Assembly (NCBI GenBank): GCA_024704765.1
Contig: JAKMXF010000222.1
Location: forward strand, 620,001-684,000
Direction: 5' to 3'
Length of the DNA: 64,000 nucleotides
Source of the DNA: Oopsacas minuta
Taxonomy: Eukaryota > Animalia > Porifera
The position numbers and the translations under genes are program-made. Shown piece after piece: positions 1 to 12,200 of this stretch; position 1 is the first letter of the stretch; each line of letters begins with the position of its first letter. The notes beneath the pieces were generated by a model. That model saw only the letters and a program-made list of their open reading frames with translations. It did no database searches and was not told the DNA's origin.

Positions 1-182
1 TTATCAAATAAATTTTAATAATCAGATCTCTTTAAATAGAAGAATCTTGGGTAATAAATTGTAGCACAGTGTTATTGGTTGGAATCGAAATAATTATTAA
101 TAATACTAAACTATCAACTATTAAGAAAGATTATTACATACTATATAAGGAAAATCACATAAAAGTACAACTTAAAACTTAC

Positions 183-285
183 TTATGTAAATGGAGAATG
201 AGGTATTCAAGGACTGCGTAGCTCTTTGGTGATATCCTAGATAAAGCATCTTTTAGTTTTGCTTTCCCAGCTTTCGATTTCACAT
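183..285 (-). CDS. RhoGAP exon (DVKSKAGKAKLKDALSRISPKSYAVLEYLILHLHK)
   Basis: Acceptor tttatctag, donor gtaagt, phase 1 to 2. Matches the RhoGAP helix pattern LkelLskLPpanyatLkyLlrhLhkV. Not in the supplied ORF track. Confidence 0.85.
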
Positions 286-3200
286 CTAGATAAATATTTC
301 ACTTAGTAAAATAGAATATATGCATGATACAAATATTTATATTGTTATTTATTGTATAACTGTAAATTGGTAAACTCAAATTTAAATGATTTTACCAATT
401 GAAGAATAGAATATTCTAAGTTGACTTATCTATACACTCGAACATCTTTTATCCGGGCAGTGCCGGACCGGATGCCCGGAAGTCAGAATTTTCTTTGACC
501 TCATTAACAACATCAACTCTACGGATATCCAATTAGAGAATATAGGATAAAATTGAGATGCATTTGAATTTATGAACCTGGATGTTTTAACGATTTTAGT
601 TACAAAGAAACGTGTTAGGTATGAAGTACAAGAAAAGGCAGCTCTATAACAAGGAAAAATTAATGGAAATGGTCAAATTTATTTCAATTCTTTTGGAAAA
701 ATGGTTCCCGGTTGAGGGATGCACCGATATCTCGGAGGTCCGGATAAGTGAGGGTCGAGTGTATTCTTAATTTTCAATTGTTGTCTGTCTGTTTGTTTGT
801 CTGTTTGTTTGTTTCAAGGAAATGAATTATGGTAAGCTATTTGAATTCAAATTTCGTAACTCCGAGATTTCGCATAACTATGTGATTATTTTGGTCATCA
901 AAGAGTAATACTATAATACTATAATACTATAATACTATAATACTATAATACTATAATACTATAATACTATAATACTATAATACTATAATACTATAATACT
1001 ATAATACTTATATTGAAATGCCGAAATGGTTTTCACATCTTTGGATTCATAAAAAGTAGATATAATTGTTGTACTTATGAATAGTGTGTAAACAAGTAAG
1101 CAAATCGCAAAATATAAGTAGAGACAGGTCTCAACGGCTATCATGGGGACTCGAGGATGCTGAATCCGGATCTCGCACTTCAAGATATTAATTGTAAATT
1201 TCTTTGCTATTTTATGATATAATGAATTCAATTAACCAAATATGAATTATCTATAAGTAGAAGGCGCTAGATAAGTTATTTGGCTAAATTATAGTTAAAA
1301 ATGTCCAGAATTCATTGCGGAGCAATGAGCCAAAGGTTCGCATTATAAAAAGGTGCAACATTATAACAACAAGCGGGATAATTAAATTGAACCGTATGGT
1401 AGATCCAAGGAAAGGAACAGATGTCCAGGGAATTCTAGTCAGCATACTGTAATTCAATGATAACAGAATTTGGCAAAAGTAAGCGTTACTATATCAAATT
1501 CATTATTACCATTACTCTCGCTTAATCTAGTCAAACAGACGAATGGTCAAATGGATATAACAATATTCGAGTTGAATTCAATCCATAATCTGAATCCGAT
1601 TATTAGATTAGTTCGGAGATACATAGTTACATCTGCCCAACTAGAATCAATCAATTAATGGTTTCTAATATAATTATAGTACTCTACTTTAAACATGCAA
1701 AGATAAGACAAGAAAATGTTGCTATAATCATTGAAGAGGTCAGAAAAGATTGTAGAGGTATTTGGGAGATTCAAAAATGTACAAAATGGAATGTAAATCT
1801 ATTAAATGACTAAAATCAGTGTATAATAAATATCTTCAATAGCTGAACTGCCTAAACATTTATGGTGCTTAGGATGAGATCATCAAAAAGAGCTGAGGGA
1901 CTTCAGGGTAGTAATTAGAATATTTATTTTAGAATAGTTATGTTGAAAAAGTAGTAGAAAATTATGTAATATAATTACCCTAAAACTTCATCAGATAGCT
2001 TTCCATTTTGAATTTTTTCGATTGTCCTCATTAGCTTGATAATTAAATAAATTAATCAATACAAGAATATTCCACTTACAGTGGAAATTAAACTGCTCCA
2101 ATTGTCATTTTCTAGTATTAGAAGAATGCATTAAGCTATAATAATAAGATAACATCTGGAATGTTACACTGTTTTCATTGAGAGTGGTCGAATTTGGTAA
2201 AATTGACATTATAATGAGAAGTAGTTGCTCTAACCAATTTCGATGATGAAAGATATAATATGTAAATGAATAGATAGGTTATCATAAAGGTCATATACAA
2301 AAATGCACAGCATATTGACAACATTCTCAGACAAGGAAACAAATTATATTTGTCAACTTGGATAATAGAGACGGAAGGAATATTGCTAATCGTGGTTTAT
2401 CCGCAATTCCGCATTATCGACTCCTCCAAATTGATAGAATATATAGAATAATATGTGCCACATATATCTATTATCTGCTTGAAAATATTGCATGAAGTAT
2501 TTATCAGATAAGTAAATTCAAAGAATCTATCAAAAATTAATTCAGAAATAACGAACTCAACATCCGGTAACTCGAACGAATTTTCATTTCCCTTCGTTGT
2601 ACCTTTAGTACTTATCGCAACCGTTAACTTGAATATTCGGTTTCAGAACCAATTTTCAGTGATCGAGTTTAGAGGCTCCGGATATCTGGCAGGATAGAAA
2701 TATATAACCAAATTTCACTCATATTATGTATAAGCGGAAATAATGTTAATAGGCCAAGAAATAAGTATGTTAATTGATTAACACCTAACATGTATTCAAT
2801 TCAATTTGTATTTAATATGTGGTTGCTTATAATATTAGAATTAGCCATGGACTTCTGAACTCCAGTCAATTCATATTGACTCTATACCAAGTTAGGTCGG
2901 TGTGTTATAGTTCATACCCGCAAAACGGTTAATTCTATTGGTACTAAATATATTATTTTTGAAAAGGAAGTCATGAATGAGGTTTCGTTGGTCATATTGG
3001 CATATTTGAAATGTTTGTGGTTTGTGATTCTTTGCGTTTCACACTTTTTGTCATTATCCACATAGAAATATTTATTAGTAGCGGCAATATTAAATAGTAT
3101 CCGTTGGACCGAATAAATATGTAATTGGAATTTAACAATACACATTATGTATCTCTACAAACTATTTCCAAGTCGAAATGACGTCATTTGATTGCTTACT

Positions 3201-6200
3201 TAGAAAATTTGTCAACAATATGCTCGTAGTAAGTGACGATTTATCGAGTTATTAAAACTCTGTCAAGAGTCAATAAATACATTTACGATTGCATAGTTAT
3301 TCAATAGATCTAAGGCTATTCTTATGCAAAATATCAAATGTTTTTATCATGTTTGCTAGTTGCTGAGTTATAGTTGCAACCATGGATGCCACATTTTGCT
3401 GATATAACCCATCGATAACTTAACGATCTTTAATGTTATAGTCAAATACTCTGGGAAACATGAAGTATGTAACCGCTTTCCCATACCCTGGTAATACATT
3501 TCGGTGAGATATCTTCAAAGAACTATGCGGAGTCATGAATAATACCATATATGGGCATTATCAAGATTGCGACATAATTGCCAAAGATATCGTATAAAAT
3601 TATTATCAGGATATGGGCAATTGGGTATATACTACATGTTTCCAAGACGATTTGACCATAACATTAACGATTGTCAAGTTATTGATGAATATCAGCAAAA
3701 ATGTGGCATTCATAGTTGCAACTATATCTCTGAACGTTGCAAACATTATCAAATCAAATAATGATATTTTGCATGAGAATAGCCTTAGATACTATTGAAT
3801 AAATTATGCAATCGTAAATGTATTTATTGACTCTTGACAGAGTTCTAAAAACTTGAAAAATGGTAAATTAATAGGAGCATTAGTTGACAAATTTGCCAAG
3901 TAAGCAATCAGATGACGTCATTTCGACTTGGAAATAGTTTGTAGAGTAGATTCTGTGTATTGTTAAATATCAAAAACATATTCATTCAGTCTAAGGGTAC
4001 TATTTTATATTGCCGCTAGTTATAAATATCTCCATGGGGAAGGTGTGGAAACAGCAAAATTCAACATGCCCAACGAAATCCCCATACATGACTTCCTATT
4101 CAACAATAATATGTCTAATACCAATAGAACTAATGGTTTTCGAGATATGAACTATAATGCACTGGCCTAACTTGGTATAGAGCAGTGGTGTCAAACCTTT
4201 TAAATTTAGGGCTAATTTCAGATTTTCAGCACTCATACGGGCCACAGACTAAAATAATATTTAATTTAACAATTTTTCATTTGTGTGAATTTGGTTCATT
4301 ATTTGTTAACAAAGATCCTGACATCAGTAGAATAGATTCTAACGAATTTACAGGTTCACTTCATTGTAGATTTAAACCGAAACCGAATACCAGAAACCCC
4401 ATACATAAATAATATATTATGAATGTTTCTCCATTTAGATTTTTAATAATGTTATTTATATAGTAAGTTATATTCTAATACTTTGTGAAAAGCACTACAG
4501 CGGTGCATCTCAGGAACTAGCTTTCTATGAATACAAAATTTAACATTAAAAAAACTCATAGTAGGAAACTATATCAGTTTAATTTGACTCATGATTTAGT
4601 ATGTACTTGGGTTTCCGAATCCTTGCGAGCCATAGGTTTGACACCCCTGGTATAGAGTCAGTCTGAGTTGAATACGATTTGAATGTCCAGGTAGTTTAGT
4701 AGCCCATGACTTAGTATAGAAGATTCAAATACGTATACTAAATTACTAAACTAATGCTCTAGACCAAAGTAATTACAATTGTTACCCACAATCCGGCCGG
4801 ATATCCGGATAATTTTTAGCGGATTCCATGTCCTGTCAGAATCTAAATTTGCAATCTGGTGCACCTCTATTCGAGTTACCAGAAGTTAACTGAATAGTGT
4901 AGTAATTAAAGGGATGATTTTAAATAATTTTGATGAAAGTTTTAAATTACTTTTTTGTAAAGATCACCAAAAACTGAATAAGCAGTAAATAATTCAGCTC
5001 TTAATCATTTGAAAAGTGTCGCAGGGAAAATTGTGACCTTAAATGGAGGCCATCCGTTGATTCGAACATTCTCTATCCCGAACTGATTTGACTTCCCCTG
5101 AGGTTCGAGTCACCGGATATTGACTGTATTCGAAGCCAGCTAGGATATCAAGGTTAGATCAAATCTTAGCTCAAAACTGCTTTACAACGAGATATAGAAA
5201 TTATGAGAAATAACTGACTACAATCAAAATCTCATTTATTGACAGTTGACTTTACGTCGTTATCAAGAAAAGATTTATGGTATGTTATGTTGGATTCGAA
5301 TTTGTCTATTCTAAGAAATCATAAAACTTTGCATTTAACTTTTACGCTGTTTATCATGAAAGTAAATACAATTCAATAAAACTTTACTAAACATAACGAA
5401 TACGCTAAATCCGATTTTCAAACTTTAAATTAATCATTTGTAAATATATTGTTGATTTCATGTTATAAGAACTTAAGTATGAATTACCGATCAATGGCCC
5501 CCAAAGGGTCAGACGAGCCAAATCTACGTAATTGAATATACCACTAATTTCCCCATTAAGCATAATTGTCTGTAGAGCTCGTAGTTGTAGATTGTCATGT
5601 TTTCTTATAACCCAATTATATAATTATCTTGAAAACTTCTATACTTAGTAGTAAGCTAGAATTAAACACCATGTATTCGTGATATTGTCTAACATAATGT
5701 AATATAACAATTGCGCTTATATAACACAATAACGTCATTAAATTATTATTGACGCAGTATTAGAAAATATTAGAAAAATATTAGAATTGTTATATTGAAA
5801 GATTAAAATAATGTATTAATGGGAATTAGTAAAGGACAAATGCAGAAAAGTTGATGACTACCTTTATGAATAGATAAATGCATAATAATCTATGATAATG
5901 ATTTGGTACGAATCGCTGACAATCCAATAGATATTCGCACATCGGTTTGGAACTTTAACTAAATGGACAAAAGGTGGTGTTAAAACATTGCAATATACCA
6001 CTATAATAATATAATGACAAAAATCAAATTATTCTTAGTAAAAGTTAAAGGAAACTAGAGCGTGTTTCGTTCGCAAAGTTGCTTAAAATATCATCAATAG
6101 TGAGTAAAGTACTTTAACGCTTGACATTTTGAGCGAATTAACAACCCCTGAAAACTTTCAGATTGAAAAACATAGTCCATTGTTGCAACAATGATTACGT

Positions 6201-9200
6201 AATAATCCCAATGCCAAGAAGGATTGTATTTTAGGAAATATACAATTAGAGTGAAAATATCGAGAAGTAACTTGTAATTCAATTTCAACTACAGTGGAGT
6301 CTCCCAATACGGACAAGCTCGAAGAAACACCATAAACAACCCTAACTATAAAACACACACTACACCTTTTTCTTTGGTTAGTCCAGAAAAAGATAATTTG
6401 CACTTTTCAGGACATATTTTTTAACCTAAAAAATGGGCTAAACTGCATTTTTAAAACCATTCAAGACAAACCTGACGAGTTCAGGTGTTTTTGTAATATA
6501 TGATACCATTTTTAGTCATTTGTTGTCATTGAATGAATAGGTTAGGTCTATCCTTGACTTCACAATAGAATCAGTTCATTAATGCATTTAGTGCATATTT
6601 TAAATTTACTGTTTATTGAACTTTCATATCAAATGCAACCTAACGAAGATATGCGAGAAATTGCTATATAGGAAATTAATAGACCTAAATGTCCAGGATT
6701 ACAAAATTGAAATGGTTTAATTATAAATAGCTTCAGTTGCTGATGAGCCATCAATAATATAAATGGATTCATGAGCAAGTCAGAATATGATTCGCTGTAG
6801 AGATGGTTGTGTAAATAATTGGGGTAATGTGGTCTATGTCATCTGCAGGTATAATAAACCAATGAAAAATTGATAACAAAACTTGCTAAAAACAGCCTAA
6901 TTAATTGTTTCCTTTTTGAACTGCAATTTGGAACCTACAAAATTCGCACATTTTATAGGTAAATTATTATTTCGAGTTTGTGGGTTTAGTGTAAAGTGTA
7001 TATGTTATGTTCAGTGAAATTATATTAACAGGGAACAGATTTGAAATTTTATACGTGTTAACTTGATGAGGGAGTTTGAGGCCGTGGCTGAAATGTTTTT
7101 CGTAACATTAACATTTTTGCCTATTGTGGCCCCCCAGAATTAGATAAACTACCCAAGGTTACTCTCACACCTAACGGATATAAAGATGAATTCTAACTTT
7201 GAGCTCTTAATCGATTTTAGGTTTGGCCAATACCTTTCTCTACGATATATTAAAATACAGCAGTTGAAGGGGTACGATTGCTACTTCTTAAATGATATTA
7301 CTATGACACCCAACTTCGATATTTTGAAATTCAAGGACGTTGATAAAATAGTAAGGTTCCATGACCACTCGAATTTTTAGCTGCTTCAATAAAAAAGGGT
7401 TAACTAAAATTAGTTTGAGCTAGAGGGGAGAATGTCAGAAGGTCCGATGATCATTAATTAAAGAATTACATGAGGACAAATTGGATTAGTTTTAGCGTAA
7501 AAGAGTAGAAGATACATACACACTAAAGATTCACTTATAATGAGCTAAATTTTTGTACAGTCGATCCAATTACTTATTGAATTGAGTTATCGAACTGACT
7601 ATCAACATATGCCTAATTGAGTAATTATGAATAAAAGATTGATATATCTTTCTATGATATCCATCCTTAAACTATACTAGTACGCAAATAGTATGATTGG
7701 TCCTTTCTAGTGAATTAAACGGATGAGATAAATAAAATACATCAATTACTACCCCAGGCGCCCCTCAAAGTAAATTGGATGTCATTTACGATGATAATAA
7801 ATTTTTTATTAAAGAAGATATTAAAATCAAATTAAAAGTTCACAAAATTGAAAGTAGCAAGTGCCTGCTAGATGCACCAACAGTTTGAAAATCGCTAATT
7901 TTAAATATTCTATATTCTATTACAAAGAAAGCGAGAAAGATAGTACCATCAAACAATTTAACTAATTTTTCAGATATCGTTGCAATTACCATATTTGTTC
8001 CCTTGCCTTTTAATGGCTCAATATCTTTCAATAGAAGTATTATCAAAATTAACATGGAACATAATACAAAAACTCTAGAATATCATAAAACAGCATAACA
8101 AGTAGATAATGAGATTGTCCCTCCCACTTTCCATCTGCAATTAGATACAACAAGAAGCTTAGATTACCTGAAATCACAAGGAATGCTGTTCATAAATAGT
8201 AGAGTTATTTTATGCAACTTACTGGTAGCATATGCTGTTAATGTAACAGAATTCAGGAGTAATTATAAATTCTAGTTAACATATAACCCACACATACCAT
8301 TCACGTTCTTCAACCTTGTACTTTGTTATAATGAGGTGTAGAGGATAAGTATTACTCAATTTAACTGGTAATAAATTGAATACAAATAATCAAAATTACA
8401 TCATTGAATTTCAAGAATAAAGACTATGCAAGCAGCCCTAGCCGTTCGCTGTTTCGACTTTTCGAGGATAATATTTTGTGTCTTGTTTCGTTCTTGGGAC
8501 ACGTTCCGTCGATTATTTGTTTTCATCTTTTGAAAATTAATATATTTTGTATAATCATCACGTGTATTGAGATTGGATCTTCTCCAACGACATAAGGCAT
8601 GTCCTTTAACTGACTACCTCAATATGTATAAATGCAGTTTTCATATAAGGCAAAATGTTAATTTCACAAGAAGTAAGATATGCTATTCTTTGACCCACCC
8701 AAGTACAACACATTTTCAACTCAATTAGTGACTAAACTCAAAACTATTGTCCGCTATTGACATTGACCGCATTTTTGCAGCACTGTCTGTATGTTTTCTT
8801 GAAAATATGGCACCTATTCCCGCTATTCTCATTAAACTATAGTATTTCCGTTCGTGAATTCGTTATTCGCGCGGCAATTTCAGGAACGTAACCCCCGCGA
8901 TTGGCAAGGGGTACCTGTATACATTTCTGTAACTTTTGGAAAATAATGTGTTTATTGGAAACGCCGAGGAAGCAAACAATGTGAAAAATACCACGGTTAT
9001 AACAATCATATAATAGCTGGACTGCTAGACTAGTAATGGACGACTATAACAAACAATTGTACTTTAATGGGGAATTGTGTGATGCACACTTGAAGACTGA
9101 TTGAATAATTAGAAATTAAAAAAGCGTCGAAAAATGATTAATATTACACTAAAATCTGATTACTTTGGTCGAGAAAGGAATTATACAATTATGTTAATCA

Positions 9201-12200
9201 TATTTAGAGGACATTCTTAAGAGGAAAATATTATCTTATTGAAGCATTCTAATACTATGTAAATAGGTGTATGTAGAATTGTTTATTTACCTGTTATCTT
9301 AAGTAGGTTAGCCGCAGATTCCTCAGAGATGAGTGGGTCAGGAAGTTTCTGAAAAAAGCATTTTAGTGTTCCTGCAAGTGTGTATATGTTCTGAGTGTGA
9401 TGGGTGAGGTGAACAGAAGAGTCAGCCTCAAATTTGTTGATAAGATTGATCATCTCCTCTTGATTGGCTGGAATTCTATATATTCCCTCAGACTCCATTC
9501 CTAAAATGAGATTAAAATAGTAAATAATTTGGGATCGTGTTCTTGAGGATTTGGGAATGGGTAGGTTGATATCTTACATAGTGGTATAATTGTCCACAAA
9601 TCTATTCATAACAATTTCAAGGAAAACAATAGTGAATTGCTCCTAAGATAATATGTATGTTAATTTATTTAGTCAATGTATTCATAAATCGTAAGACCAG
9701 ATGCAGATATTATGCAATCTATCGATAAGTATACATCAGGCTAGTTCGAAATTACACATCTATAAACAGTGATTTATCAGATGCTCTGTACTAATTGTGT
9801 CAGCTGATGTAATGATTGGGTTGGTTTTAGTAGATAATTGACTGATTACTGCAGAGCTGAGTGCTACTATGTCTTTGATTATGTAGCAGTAAATATTCTT
9901 TGAATAAACCAGTAATAAACATAGGTTAGAGGTACTAATACCATTTTCTAAACTTCATCCCACCCGTATGCAAATGTTGAAATAAAATGAAACACTTGCA
10001 AGGTTAGAATAATGTAATTTCAGATATATCCAAAATTCGACAGAGATGATTTACACAACGTCACACACCAAATGGCATAATTGTATAGATGCTGAAAATA
10101 AGGTCATCTAGACATCTGGATTTAGCAATTTGTAATATAATATGTATAGAATTGGGGAATAACATTAGATATAGGTAACGTATTACAATAGCTGAAATAT
10201 CTTGCAATTGAGTGACACATAATTCAAGTAACCTAATACTCTGGAAGTTGAAATAATTAAGATTGTCCAAATTATTCTTACTCCATGTAATACACATATT
10301 GAATATATCAATCGTTGGGAAGCCAGCTAGTGTATCTTACAAAACCCATTATATAAATACTTTTGATTTAAATTATTAACAGATTACGGCCGAAGTGTTA
10401 CGTTCGTAATGAAAAATACACTAAATTTTACCACTTTGTTTTAACAAATTCCCGCACCAAAAACGAGATTTTAGGACCTTTTTGACGTCTCAAAATCACA
10501 CATTTTCCCGGCTGTATTGGCTAACCAAAAGTATTGCACCACATTGTAGGAATTTTATTATTTAGAGTTACACAATATCAGTACAGTATTTACACACATA
10601 TTAGTTGTCCTGTCACTAAATATTTGGTCTAGTCGGATCTCAAAACTTCCCGGACCAAATATATGTTATATTTAGTCCTGCTGGACTGAATATTTCAGAT
10701 TATATTGACTGTATTGGCTGGTGAAAACTAGAACAAAAACGTGGTTATATACAGTGCAATACAACATCTATAAGTAGAGTCTCTATAGTGGAGAACCTCT
10801 ATATGTCGGGCAATTTTGATCCATCTTCATTCATTTCCACAGAAACTAAGATATTTATGCCTTAAACCAGAGACTCCTTAAGGAGTCCATGCCTCAAACC
10901 ATAGATAATTACCTCTATAAGTGGGGAATTCCTCGATAAAGTTTATGGAATAATCAATTTTTGTGCTAATTGGAGATAATTAAGAATTATCGCTAGGATG
11001 AATAGAAAATTTTGGGTTTCTCAGAAGAGAATTTCTTACAATTCAACCAAAAAGCTTACAAGGTTTACTTCGTTAAATGTTAATCCGTTTGCCAAAAAGT
11101 TAAATTCGTTAATTCACGGGTTAGCTGTTAACGAATTTAACTTTTTGGTAACGGAAGGTAACGAACGATAATCCGTTAACGTTAATTTGTATAATACAAA
11201 CTACAACAAAATCAGTTTTTTGCTCTAAATACAACTAAAAAGTGTTAAAACTATAAAATGACCCTTTATTGGGTCTTCTTAAACGAAAATATTTGCTAGC
11301 ACAACTATGATATTGTATTAACAAGGAATAGTCATAATTGCTTTAACTGACTTGTACCGGAAGTTATTTAGTTCGTTAATCATTTTTAAAGTTAACTTAA
11401 AGGTTAAATCGTTAATGAAAAACTTAACTTCGTTAATTAATGATTAACGTATTAACGGTTTAGTACCCAGCTTTGAGGGCTATTATAATAGTAAATATCA
11501 GTGAAAAAACAGTTGTATTGACTCAAAAGGTTCTACTGTATACACTCCCTGGTCAAAAGTATCGGAACACTCTGCCACAATTGATACATGGCACAAATAT
11601 GCATTTACTTTAGTTGCATTGTCTGAAGATAGTTTCAAACATCTGTGAACTCAATTCTATCATTAATTTTATCATTACAATCGCCTTTTTTGATATATCC
11701 ACATACTATTCAATACGTATATTCTCGCAATGTGCCATATGCCACATGTGCCATATGCCACATGTGCCATTAGTGGTATGGTGTTCCAATACTTTTGGCC
11801 AGGGAGTGTATATAATCCAAGGAAGTTCGTACACTTTGTCTAGACTATTGAACAATAATTATCGACACAAAAGACACAATTCGCGTGACGTAATTAGCCA
11901 GGTAATTTTGAAACGCGAACAATTATCTCAATGAAGAGAGAAGTATACTTACAATTGATGAATTGTAGTAGAAGTTTAGTGATACACATTTCCCATAATA
12001 ACAGTGGCGTCACCTTAGTGGTAGTCATGATGACATAACAAATTATCAAAATTAACCACTCGCAAGACCAAAAACGTCTGAAATATTTGGTCCAACCGGA
12101 TCAAAAACTACACAGGTCAAATATCTCGGGGGCCTACGTACTATCCTGTGATCTGACATGAATACATACGTGATAATTAAGGTTATATAAACTGTACAAT

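Noticed and set aside
7840-8364. Alternative RhoGAP 3' end built from 8364-8298, a 12-nt microexon at 8234-8223 and ORF 8074-7840
   Set aside because: It can be spliced in frame, but the peptide fits the RhoGAP consensus poorly. The exon at 285-183 joins the 9291 donor in phase and gives the expected helix sequence.
11614-11934. 106-aa ORF (and 20233..20433)
   Set aside because: It lies largely within the non-coding Tc1 MITE.
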